NCBI GenBank assembly: GCA_963821525.1
Contig: CAWGED010000004.1
Location: 160,001-224,000, forward strand
From: an uncultured Gemmatimonadales bacterium
Lineage (GTDB): Bacteria; Gemmatimonadota; Gemmatimonadetes; Gemmatimonadales; GWC2-71-9
Reading direction: 5' to 3'
Length of the DNA stretch: 64,000 nt
Positions 1 through 9,128 of this stretch are shown in pieces. A program made the translations under genes and the position numbers. Numbering within the stretch: the first letter of the stretch is position 1; the number at the start of each line of letters is the position of its first letter. The notes under the pieces were generated by a model. It saw only the letters and a list, made by a program, of their open reading frames with translations. It did not search any database and was not told the origin of the DNA.

Positions 1-15
1 GCCTTCCCGCCCGAA

Positions 16-333
16 TTACAACGGCTTCAATTTCGCCAGCACCTCCGCCACCACTCCCGCAGGAACCCTGCATGCCAGCTCCGCCTGTCGAGCTTCCCAA
101 TCGGCGCTTCGCAGGTGATCGGCCAGGACCACGCCCCGAACCGGCAGGTCGTCGGGCAAGGCGACCTCGAAGGGATAGCCCTTCGCCGAAGGGGCGATCG
201 CGCACATGAGAGCCAGTCGCGCCCTGCTGTTGTAGTGCGCCGGCGAGACCACGAGCGCGGCGCGGCGCGCGACCTTCTGCCCGTTATCAGGCTCGACCGT
301 CACCCACACTACATCGCCTCGGTCCGGCGTCAC
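16..333 (-). CDS. mazF: MazF/PemK family toxin (endoribonuclease)
   Basis: PDRGDVVWV...RRAALVVSPAHYN...GYPFEV...GVVLADHLRSADW match the PemK/MazF pattern; overlaps the antitoxin stop. Confidence 0.9.
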   Translation of the reverse strand: MTPDRGDVVWVTVEPDNGQKVARRAALVVSPAHYNSRARLALMCAIAPSAKGYPFEVALPDDLPVRGVVLADHLRSADWEARQAELACRVPAGVVAEVLAKLKPL

Positions 334-569
334 ACGACCTCACGCCCGACCGGCTTACCCCAGTCGGTTTCACCGTGACGGTTCTCTGGCGTGATCTGAT
401 CGGCCAACTCCTCGAGCCCATACTCCCGGCCTAGGGGAGTCAGGACGATGCGACCGCCGGAGACACTGATATCAACCTCAGACCCCTCGGCCAAGCCCGT
501 TTCCAGACTGAACGCCTTGGGGATTCTGATTCCCAAACTATTACCCCACTTCGAGATACGTGCGCGCAT
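330..569 (-). CDS. mazE: MazE/AbrB family antitoxin
   Basis: MRARISKWGNSLGIRIPK...LEELADQITPENRHGETDWGKPVGRE is typical MazE; ATG at 569. Confidence 0.92.
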   Translation of the reverse strand: MRARISKWGNSLGIRIPKAFSLETGLAEGSEVDISVSGGRIVLTPLGREYGLEELADQITPENRHGETDWGKPVGREVV

Positions 570-584
570 CAGATGCGACCATGT

Positions 585-594
585 TGTATATACA
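585..594. promoter_or_regulatory. Palindrome TGTATATACA, probable MazEF autoregulatory operator
   Basis: Perfect 10-bp AT-rich palindrome ~15 nt upstream of the mazE start. Confidence 0.5.
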
Positions 595-687
595 TTGAAG
601 ATACGGACAATGAATGAGTCGGTCAAGTTGTATCGTGCGTTTTCTCGAACTGGACGCGATCCCGCCACCATTCTAGCTTCGATCCCC

Positions 688-1029
688 ATGCGAGCTTCTA
701 GTCGCCGCCGCTCGGCGCTCACCCTGCTGGTCGTGGTCCTCCTCGGGGGGATCATCATGCCGGGTGTGGATGCCATACTGTTCCACGGACGCGGCGCCGG
801 CACAACCTTCGGAGCCCGCCTCGAAGCCACCAGTAGCGGTGAGCATGCAGTTCAGTGTCCCCAGGCCGACCAGCTTCGCAGCGGTCGCGCCCTCGCCGCG
901 ACTCCGCCTCAGACCAACACCGCGCCTCCGATTGGAATCGCGGTCATCGTTTGCAACACTCCTCTCCTGCTCTCCACTCCGGTCCATACTCCGGTACTCC
1001 CTCGCGCACCGCCGTCGCTCCTCGCCTGA
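688..1029 (+). CDS. Leader ORF 1: DUF2946-like RAPP arrest-peptide candidate (113 aa)
   Basis: N-terminal basic+hydrophobic segment, DAILFH, RLEA, HAVQC, Pro-rich linker, C-terminal RAPPSLLA; paralogous to 4411-4752. Confidence 0.75.
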   Translation: MRASSRRRSALTLLVVVLLGGIIMPGVDAILFHGRGAGTTFGARLEATSSGEHAVQCPQADQLRSGRALAATPPQTNTAPPIGIAVIVCNTPLLLSTPVHTPVLPRAPPSLLA

Positions 1030-1103
1030 TCAGCTCATTTCCCGATAACTGATTAACCAGTCCGGTCACGGCTTCTTTCGGCCGGATCTTGCTCTGGAGT
1101 TCT

Positions 1104-2468
1104 ATGACAGACCGCTCACGTTGTGCGGTCCTCCTGTTCGTCCTCCTCATGGCGAGGTGGAGGGATCGCCAAACGCGCAGGTTCCCGATTCCGCTCTCGG
1201 CGCAGTCCACGCGCTGAACGCGCGGCTCGACTCTCTGGAGGCGGGGACCTGTCCCACGGGACCGGCGGTTCAAATCCCGGTCCACCCTACTGGTGCACCG
1301 GGAGCAGACAGTCTTGCATCAGCCCTCGACCAATTGAATCAGCGCGTCGAGAAGCTCGTAGCCCAACGTTGCCTGGGAGCCGCACCCGATACCACAACCG
1401 ACGACCTCGCGGCGTTGCGGGCGGCCGCCGACTCCGCCGCAGGACGGCCGGTTTCGGCGCCGAAGGACACCACGGCCGCCGGCGGCACCGAGTTCATTGG
1501 GCGCCAGCGCAACGGCTCAGCCATGAATCCGGAAATCAGCGCCACGGGGGACATTCGGCTCATCGGGGAGGACGGCACCGAGCATTTCAAGGCGACAGGC
1601 GCGGGAATTCGAGGTGGGGCTGCAGTCCACTCTGGATCCCTACTCAACCGCCAAGGTCTTCCTGACCTTCGAAGACGATCACGTCGGAGCGGAGGAAGGC
1701 TATCTGTACTGGACCGGTCTGCCCGGGCGGATCAGGGCGGACGTGGGACTCTTCCGGCAACAGGTCGGCGACCTCAATCGCTGGCACCTCCATGCGCTCC
1801 CCGAATCGGAGTACCCGCTGGTCTATCGCCGCTATTTCGGCGACGACGGATTATCGGGCGTAGGCCTCTCGCTCTACACCGCCCTCCCGGTTTCCCTGGC
1901 ACACGGCACCCACGAGATTTGGTTCCAGGGAACTTCGGCCGAGAGCGATCCGCTCTTCGGAAGCGACCACCACACCACCCTCTTAGGCCGGCTCCAGAAC
2001 TTCTGGCAACTGAGCCGGAGCACCTATGGGCAGATCGGATTCACGGCATTCGGGGGAGACAACTCCGACAGCGCGCTTACCAGCCGGGTACTGGGCCTCG
2101 ATGCCCGGCTGACCTGGCGTCCACCCAATGCCGGCACCCGGCAGGACCTTACCCTGAGAGCCGAAGGCTATCAGTTCCATTCCACCGAGGCGGGTCTCAC
2201 ACAGACTCGTTACGGTGGCTTTATTGACGCGGCGTTCCGGGTTAGCCAGCGCTGGATCCTCGGCGCCCGTTACGACTACGTCGAAACACCGCGGGGCCCT
2301 GATACGAATGAATGGGGAATAGCACCCGCCATTACCTGGTGGCAGAGTGAGTTCGTGTATCTCCGGCTGGAAGGGCAGCATCTCGACAACAGCGTCAACG
2401 GCACCGACAACCGGGTTCTGCTCCAGGCGGTGTTCGCCATGGGCCCCCACAAGCATGAGACCTACTGA
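1104..2468 (+). CDS. Outer-membrane beta-barrel/porin-like protein of metal uptake cassette (frameshifted)
   Basis: GGAG RBS then ATG 1104 with signal peptide; coiled coil; MNPEISATGD, LDPYS, NRWHLH, amphipathic strands, C-terminal GPHKHETY; split between ORFs 1121 and 1614. Confidence 0.7.
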
Positions 2469-2469
2469 T

Positions 2470-3557
2470 ATGATTCTCGCCCTTCTCGCCATCGCTACCG
2501 GCATCTTCGCCGAGCCGCCCAGTCATTATCCTGCCGAGCCACCGAGCCGCCGAGCCGCCGAGCCGCCGAGCCGTCCTGCCGCCGCGCCGCTCAAGATCGT
2601 CACCAGCCTCACGACCTACGGCGCCATCGCGCGGGAGATCGCCGGCGACCGCGGCACCGTCACCTCCATCGCCCAGGGCGACGAAGACCCGCACTTCGTG
2701 CAGCCCAAGCCGAGCTTCGTGGCGCTGCTCCGCGACGCGGACCTCTTCGTCACCACCGGGCTCGACCTCGAGCTCTGGGTTCCCGCCCTCCTCGACCGGG
2801 CCAACAACCGAAAGGTCTTGGAGGGGGGCCGGGGTACGTCGCGGCCTACACCGGCATCACGCTGCTCGAGGTCCCGACCAGTTGAATCGGGCGCAGGGGG
2901 ACATTCACGCCGACGGCAATCCCCACATTCACACCGATCCGCTGAATGGGATCATCATCGCGCGGAACATCCTCACCGGCTTGACCCGGGTCTCGCCGGG
3001 AGATGCCGGCTACTTCACCGATCGGGAGAAGGATTTCGAGAAGCGGGTTCTCGAGGCCACCATGGGGCAGGAGCTGGTCGGCATCCTGACTCCCGCCACC
3101 GCGTTCGACCTGCTCAAGACCGACAAGCTGTTCGACTTCATCGGTCGCACCAAGTATCAGGGCAAGCCGCTCGCGGATCAGCTCGGCGGCTGGCTCAAGC
3201 AGGGTGAGGTGTTCCGGGGGAAGGAAATGGCCTGCTACCACAAGGAGTGGGCCTATTTCAGCAACCGCTTCCAAGGTCACCTGCGCCACATACATCGAGG
3301 CCAAGCCGGGCATCCCGCCGACCCCGAAGCACGTGGAGGAGGTCATCGCGCTCGATGAAGGAGCGGAAGATTCCGGTGCTCTTCGCGTCCAACTACTTCA
3401 ACCGCTCGCAGATCGAGCAGGTGGCGGACAAGACCGGCGCCAAGGCAGTGATCGTGCCGGAGAACACCCACGGCGCGCCGGGCATCGAGACCTACTTTGA
3501 CCTCATCAACGCCTGGGTCTCCGGCCTCGGCTCGAGCCTACAACGGAGGGCGTCTGA
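2470..3557 (+). CDS. Zn/Mn ABC substrate-binding protein, ZnuA/TroA-like (frameshifted)
   Basis: IVTSLTT...DPHFVQPKPS...GLDLE...GNPHIHTDP...YHKEWAYF...EAKPGIPPTPKH across several frames. Confidence 0.85.
2533..2572 (+). repeat. Tandem 8-bp repeat (RCCGAGCC)x5
   Basis: gccgagcc accgagcc gccgagcc gccgagcc gccgagcc; one more copy at 2509. Confidence 0.85.
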
Positions 3558-4403
3558 TGCTCGACCAGTTGTGCACACTCTGGCTGCCGCCGCTGGTGGC
3601 CTGCATGGTCATCGTGGCGATCCATTCGTATCTCGGACTCCATGTCATCGCGCGCGAGGTCATCTTCGTGGACCTCTCGCTGGCGCAGATGGCGGCGCTG
3701 GGATCCACCATTGCCATTTTCGCCGGCGCCGATCCCGATTCGACTCGCAGCTTCGCCTATGCCCTGGGCTTTACCACGCTGGGTGCCGCGCTGTTCGCGC
3801 TGACCCGCACCGGCAATCACGGGCGGGTGCCTCAGGAGGCGATCATCGGCATCGTGTTCGTCGTTGCCTCCGCAGCCGCCATTCTGGTGGCCGACCGGTC
3901 GCCGCGGGGCGGCGAGGCAATCAAGGACATCCTGGTGGGGAGCCTGCTCTGGGTGGGCTGGCCGGCGATCGGCCGACTGGCGGTGGTCTATCTCCTCGTC
4001 GGGCTCTTTCACTGGGTCCTGCGGAAGCGGTTCCTCACCATTTCCTTCGAGCCGGAGGTCGCGATCGCCAAGGGGTGGAACCTGAGCTGTGGGATTTCCT
4101 GTTCTATCTCTCGTTCGGCCTGGTGATCACCTTCTCGGTGCCGATCGTCGGAGTGCTGCTGGTCTTCTCCTTCCTGGTGGTCCCGGCGGCGATCGCATTT
4201 CAGTTTGCCCACGGCAGGGGGCGCTGGCGATTCTCTCCTGGCTGGCCGGTGTGATTTCCTCGGCGGGCGGGCTCTGGCTCTCGTTCCGTTACGATCTGCC
4301 TACCGGCCCGGTAGTGGTCTGCGTGTTTGGTCTCCTGCTCCTGCTTGCCTACACGGCTCGAAAGGTCATGGGGGTCGAGAGTAAGAGAGCGGTTCCAGCG
4401 TGA
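3557..4403 (+). CDS. Zn/Mn ABC permease, ZnuB/MntB-like (frameshifted)
   Basis: GLHVIAREVIFVDLSLAQMAALG, EAIIG, GVLLVFSFLVVPA, DLPTGP; multiple TM helices. Confidence 0.85.
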
Positions 4404-4410
4404 GTTCGTG

Positions 4411-4752
4411 ATGCGTCGGCTGCAAGTTGGGTTTCAGGCGCTGTGTGCCGCCATTCTTCTGGTGGCGGGCAGTGCCTTGCCGACGTACGACGCTATTTGC
4501 TATCACGGCGCTCGCTTCCCGGATCGTGGACAGGTCCGGATCGAGGCGGCCACCGGTGGTACCGCGCACCTCCTGACCTGTGCCCTTGGGCGCCAGTTCC
4601 AGCGCTCGAGGGCAGTGCTTCCACATTCCGCACCAACACGGTGGTTGCCTCGGACGGCGCCTATCACGCCGCTCCCTCCGCCGCCGGTCGCTCCCCCTGC
4701 GCCGGCTCCTACCCTTCAACGATCGCGCGCCCCTCCAGTCCCCATCGCCTGA
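4411..4752 (+). CDS. Leader ORF 2: DUF2946-like RAPP arrest-peptide candidate (113 aa)
   Basis: Hydrophobic N-terminus, DAICYH, RIEA, HLLTC, poly-Pro linker, C-terminal RAPPVPIA; directly upstream of a TonB-dependent receptor. Confidence 0.8.
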   Translation: MRRLQVGFQALCAAILLVAGSALPTYDAICYHGARFPDRGQVRIEAATGGTAHLLTCALGRQFQRSRAVLPHSAPTRWLPRTAPITPLPPPPVAPPAPAPTLQRSRAPPVPIA

Positions 4753-4797
4753 TCTCCTGGTGATCAGCTGATATCGCCGCTTTCCGGTCCTGCCGGG

Positions 4798-4828
4798 GAG
4801 ACGGCCTTCTTGGACATGGGAGGGTCTC
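4798..4828 (+). promoter_or_regulatory. Stem-loop sequestering the TBDR Shine-Dalgarno
   Basis: GAGAC(4798-4802)/GTCTC(4824-4828) plus CCTTCT(4805-4810)/GGGAGG(4818-4823) immediately before ATG 4829. Confidence 0.6.
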
Positions 4829-7084
4829 ATGCATTGGTTTTTTCTAGCGGTCACTGTGCTGTCCGCGGGCGACGGCCCCGCCGTCTCTGCACCCACACCA
4901 GTTGCGCCGCGCAGTCTCATGGGACGGGTTACGACCAAATCCGGTCAGCCGGTCCTCGATGCCCGGGTGCTGGTTGTTGAGCTGCGTCATTCGGTCCAGA
5001 CCGATCCGGATGGGCGGTACAAGATTCCGAACCTGAATCCCGGCAGCTATACCGTCTCCTTCTCGCAGATCGGCTATGCCCCGGAAACCCGCCGGATCAC
5101 TCTGGGGGACAGCGATCTGACGCTCGACGTTTCACTAAAAGAGTCGCTAGTCGAATTGCCGCCAATTCAGGTCACAGCGACGCCCAGCGCAACCGAACCT
5201 CTGACCTCCCCGCAGCCTACGGCGGTGGTCGAAGGCGAGGATCTTCAGCGCGCACAAGCCTCAAGCTTGGGCGAGACGCTCAATCAAGTGGCGGGTGTCC
5301 ACAGCCTCAGCACCGGAGTCGGGATTGGGAAACCGGTGATTCGCGGGCTCACCTCGAACCGGGTCCTGATTCTGGATGACGGCCAGCGACTCGAGACGCA
5401 GCAGTGGGGCGATGAGCACGGTCCCAACCTGGAAACGGCTGGCGCAGAGCGGATCGAGGTGATTCGCGGGCCGGCCAGTGTGCTGTACGGCTCCGACGCA
5501 TTGGGCGGCGTCGTCAACGTGATTCAGCCCCCTCTTCCCGTAGCCACAGAGGGCCATGGGCCAGTTGAGGCGCAATTGAGCGCCTCATACGGAAGCAACA
5601 ACCGGCAACCCAATGGCGCGCTCAGCATCGCCGGAGCGAAGGGCGGCTTCGGATTCCGAGGAACGATCAGCGGGCGGCAGAGCGAAGACCTTCAGACTGC
5701 GAACTACGAGTTGTGGAACAGCGGCAACGAAGCCGTCGGCGGGAGCGGAACGGTGGGGTATCGCGGGTCCTGGGGGTCCGTTGCCGGCACGATTTCGCAG
5801 CGAAACGAAAAGATCGAGCTGACCGACGAAGATCCCTTGGCGACACCGCTTCAGCGGATCGCCACGACCCGAGGGAGGGTGAACCTCACCTTGCCGATCT
5901 CCGGGGCACGGCTGGAGCTGGCGGGCGGTTACGAACGCAACCGGCGGCGGGAATTCGAAGACAAGTTCACCTCCGACGTTGCGCTTGGCCTGCTGTCCCA
6001 GAATTACACCCTGGACGCCCGCTATTACCACGCTCCCTGGGGGTCAGTGCACGGCATCCTCGGCGTCTCGGGTGGCCACCTCGCGTTCGACAAGTTTGGT
6101 GAGGAGACGCTCATTCCCAACAACCGTACCAACACCATCGGGGTCTACGGATTCGAGCAGGTCACCCTGGGTCGCTGGGATCTTTCGGTCGGTCTCCGCT
6201 ACGACTATCGCCACCTTGATGTAGATGAGGACGCCGTGATAGCTGTGACCGCTCAGACCAGGAACTGGAATGCCTTGACGGGCAACTTGGGAGCACTATA
6301 TCGCCTGGCCGATCCGGTTGCGCTGGTACTGAACGTGGGACGCGGATTTCGCGCCCCGTCGAGTTTCGATCTGTTCTCCAACGGAGTGCACGAGGGAACC
6401 GTGGCCTTCGAGCGTGGAAACCCGAATCTCAACACGGAAAAGTCGCTCAATACCGATCTCGCCCTGCGGGTGCAGACCGCCAATGTGGCCCTAGAGCTGG
6501 GTGGGTTTCTGAATCTGATTCAGGATTACATCTACAGCGTCCCCACTGGAGCTACCGATCCCGCGTCGGGCTTTCAGATCTATGACGTGACCCAGGGCGA
6601 TGCGCGACTCACCGGGCTCGAGGCGGCGGCGCAGTATCACCCCACCGCATGGCTGCACTTGCAGGGAACCGCCGACTACGTCTACGGGACGAATACATCC
6701 ACCGGCAATGCTCTGCCGGCCATGCCACCATTCCGCGCTACCTACAGCGTGCGGCTCGAGAGCCGGCGGCAGGGTTTCCTGCATGTGCCCTATCTTTCGG
6801 TCGGCGGCGAAAGTAACGCGCAGCAATCACGGCAGGATCCCGCGGAAGCCGTGTTCTACAGCCAAGCCTTCGGCGGCCAAGGCTACCAATCGGAAGCCTA
6901 TACTTTGATCAATGCTGGGACGGGATTCGGTCTCGCTGCTGGTGCGAACGATGTGCATTTCGATTTCACGGTCCGCAACGTCTTCGACAAGGCTTACGCC
7001 GACTATTTGAGTCGCATCAAGACCAATGCGCTGAATCCGGGCATGGGCCGGAGCTTTGTCATGCAGGTGAGTACCGCGTTCTGA
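4829..7084 (+). CDS. TonB-dependent receptor (metal uptake type) with N-terminal carboxypeptidase-regulatory-like domain
   Basis: Plug KPVIRG...IEVIRGPASVLYGSDALGGVVN, QQWGDEH, GVHEGT, NVFDKAY, C-terminal Phe. Confidence 0.95.
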   Translation: MHWFFLAVTVLSAGDGPAVSAPTPVAPRSLMGRVTTKSGQPVLDARVLVVELRHSVQTDPDGRYKIPNLNPGSYTVSFSQIGYAPETRRITLGDSDLTLDVSLKESLVELPPIQVTATPSATEPLTSPQPTAVVEGEDLQRAQASSLGETLNQVAGVHSLSTGVGIGKPVIRGLTSNRVLILDDGQRLETQQWGDEHGPNLETAGAERIEVIRGPASVLYGSDALGGVVNVIQPPLPVATEGHGPVEAQLSASYGSNNRQPNGALSIAGAKGGFGFRGTISGRQSEDLQTANYELWNSGNEAVGGSGTVGYRGSWGSVAGTISQRNEKIELTDEDPLATPLQRIATTRGRVNLTLPISGARLELAGGYERNRRREFEDKFTSDVALGLLSQNYTLDARYYHAPWGSVHGILGVSGGHLAFDKFGEETLIPNNRTNTIGVYGFEQVTLGRWDLSVGLRYDYRHLDVDEDAVIAVTAQTRNWNALTGNLGALYRLADPVALVLNVGRGFRAPSSFDLFSNGVHEGTVAFERGNPNLNTEKSLNTDLALRVQTANVALELGGFLNLIQDYIYSVPTGATDPASGFQIYDVTQGDARLTGLEAAAQYHPTAWLHLQGTADYVYGTNTSTGNALPAMPPFRATYSVRLESRRQGFLHVPYLSVGGESNAQQSRQDPAEAVFYSQAFGGQGYQSEAYTLINAGTGFGLAAGANDVHFDFTVRNVFDKAYADYLSRIKTNALNPGMGRSFVMQVSTAF

Positions 7085-7090
7085 CGGATG

Positions 7091-7118
7091 AGGGCGGGGC
7101 ACTGCTGTGCCCCGCCCT
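7091..7118 (+). terminator. Perfect 12-bp GC stem-loop between TBDR and copC
   Basis: AGGGCGGGGCAC-tgct-GTGCCCCGCCCT; no clear U-tract, so may be a stabiliser or weak terminator. Confidence 0.55.
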
Positions 7119-7165
7119 ATTCCACTAAATTCACCCCCTCACCCTTTTCGTACAGGAGTTTGCCC

Positions 7166-7549
7166 GTGTCGGTTCGTTCTGGTCTTCTGGCTTCACTCGC
7201 TGCGGCCTCGCTCGTTTCTGTCGCTGCCGCGATGCACACTCACCTGGTCAAAGCCGAGCCTACCGTGGATGGCACGATCACGGAGGCCCCCAAGCAGGTT
7301 CGCCTCTGGTTCAACGAGCGGCCCGAGGTGGCGCTTTCCTCCGCCGCGCTGCTCTCCAGCGATAGCGCACCGGTTGCCCGGATCACTCTGGGGAAGACGG
7401 ACGATTCCTTGAGTGTCGCGGGTTCGATCCCGGTGAGCCTCGCCCCCGGCGGATACATCGTGGTCTGGAAGACTGGTTCTGCAGATGGTCACCCGGTACG
7501 CGGGTCCTACAAGTTCACTTACTCCGCTCCGACTGGCGCCAGTAATTGA
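7166..7549 (+). CDS. copC: Periplasmic copper-binding protein CopC
   Basis: AGGAG RBS, GTG start, signal peptide then HTHLVKAEP...LWFNE...SADGHPVRG. Confidence 0.9.
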   Translation: MSVRSGLLASLAAASLVSVAAAMHTHLVKAEPTVDGTITEAPKQVRLWFNERPEVALSSAALLSSDSAPVARITLGKTDDSLSVAGSIPVSLAPGGYIVVWKTGSADGHPVRGSYKFTYSAPTGASN

Positions 7550-7550
7550 C

Positions 7551-8505
7551 GTGGACCATCAGGTCGCCGCTCTTCCGCTCGACCTCTACGCCCTGGCCCG
7601 CTGGATCGCGTACACCGCGACCATGGTCACGATCGGTGGCGGCGTCTGTGCCTGGCTGCTCGGGAGAATCCCCGAACGCGATGGTAGGAGTAACCTAGCC
7701 CTCGACGCAGCCCGCGAGACAACTTGGGGGCTGGCACTTGCGGCGCCGATCGTTCTGATCGGCGCCCATTTGCTTCGGCTCTACGGGCAGGCGCGGGCCT
7801 TCCTCGAACCGGCCGAGCCCATCACGTCCGACGGAGTCCATGCCATCGTCGCCGGTACCACGTGGGGGCGAGGCTGGATCGTTCAAATCTCCGCCGCGAT
7901 CGCTGCCGCCATCCTCCTCGCCGCGGCTCGCTGGCGAACTAATCGGAACGGACCCAAAGTCCCGGCGGAAGCCGTTGTGGCGGCGTTGCTGGTTGCGTTC
8001 GCCTCGCCGCTTACCGGACACGCGATGGAAAACCCCTGGGGTCGGGTCGCCGGTGTGTCGCTTCACGGGCTGCACCTTCTCGGCGCCGGAGTCTGGCTCG
8101 GCACTCTGTTTGTGCTCTTCATGGCGGGGTTTCGCGGCGTGCGCGAGGGTGGCGCCTTTGAAGGCACCGCACTGCTCGCCCGCCTGGTGCGGGCCTTCTC
8201 GCCCCTCGCCCTGAGTGGTGCCTCGGTCGTAGTGGGAGCCGGCGTGCTGCTCGGGGTGGCCTACGTGGGAAGCCTCGAGGCACTCTGGGGTACTACTTAT
8301 GGAAAGACGCTCTTGATCAAGATCGCGCTGCTCGCTGTCACCGCGGCGTTGGGCGCGTATCACTGGAAATCTCTCACGCCGCGGCTCGATTCCGTGCAAG
8401 GCGCTTCCGTCTTTCGCGGGTCCGCGGCCGTCGAGCTGACCCTGCGCGGCCCTCCTGCTCGGCGCTACCGCGGTCCTCGTTGCTCTGCCGGCCCCCAAAC
8501 TATGA
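7551..8505 (+). CDS. copD: CopD family inner-membrane copper uptake protein (late frameshift)
   Basis: TTWGRGW, LTGHA, LHLLGAGVWLG, TTYGKTLLIK; terminal helix ALLLGATAVLVALP lies in a shifted frame ending at TGA 8505. Confidence 0.85.
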
Positions 8506-9128
8506 CTACCGCAACAGCCTTCCGTTCGGTCGCCTTGCTTCTCGCACTCCTGGCTTGCGACCAGAAACCTCAGACCTTCAATCCGTCAGGACTCGCGGGA
8601 CCGTCGCTTGGCCAGGCGATTCCCAAGCCCGACTTCACGCTCACCGCGACCGACGGATCGCAGTTCAATTTCCGCCAGCAGACCGAGGGCAAGATCGCGC
8701 TGCTCTTCTTCGGCTATACCCATTGCCCGGATGTCTGTCCGGTTCACCTCGCGAACATCGCCGCGGCACTCCACACCCTCGATCCCGAGGTCCAGCGGAA
8801 GGTGGAAGTCGTATTCGTCACCACCGATCCCGACCGCGATACGCCGGAGGTCATCCGCGCCTGGCTCGACAAGTTCGACCCGAAATTCGTCGGTCTCCGG
8901 GGCACTCTGGACGAGGTGAACGCAATCCAGCGGGGACTCAAATTGGGTGAAGCGTCGCGGGAGCCGCAGCTGGCGCCGGGGGACACGGGCTACAGCGTTG
9001 GCCACGCCGCGATCGTGCTGGCCTTCACACCCGATGACTCGGCGCACGTGGTCTATCCCTTCGGGGTGCGCCAGTCCGACTGGGCGAAGGACCTGGAACT
9101 CCTGGCCAAGATGACGGGACCCGCGTGA
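8502..9128 (+). CDS. SCO1/SenC copper chaperone lipoprotein
   Basis: LLAC lipobox, FFGYTHCPDVCP, DPDRDTPE, YSVGH. Confidence 0.92.
   Translation: MTTATAFRSVALLLALLACDQKPQTFNPSGLAGPSLGQAIPKPDFTLTATDGSQFNFRQQTEGKIALLFFGYTHCPDVCPVHLANIAAALHTLDPEVQRKVEVVFVTTDPDRDTPEVIRAWLDKFDPKFVGLRGTLDEVNAIQRGLKLGEASREPQLAPGDTGYSVGHAAIVLAFTPDDSAHVVYPFGVRQSDWAKDLELLAKMTGPA

Noticed and set aside
448..830. Long N-terminal extensions of mazE and leader 1, and many antisense ORFs in the track
   Set aside because: Expected shadow ORFs in high-GC DNA; family-consistent starts are at 569 and 688
7485..9128. Apparent CopD-SCO fusion (547 aa)
   Set aside because: The last CopD helix lies in another frame ending at TGA 8505, overlapping the SCO ATG, and SCO has its own lipoprotein signal; an indel artefact
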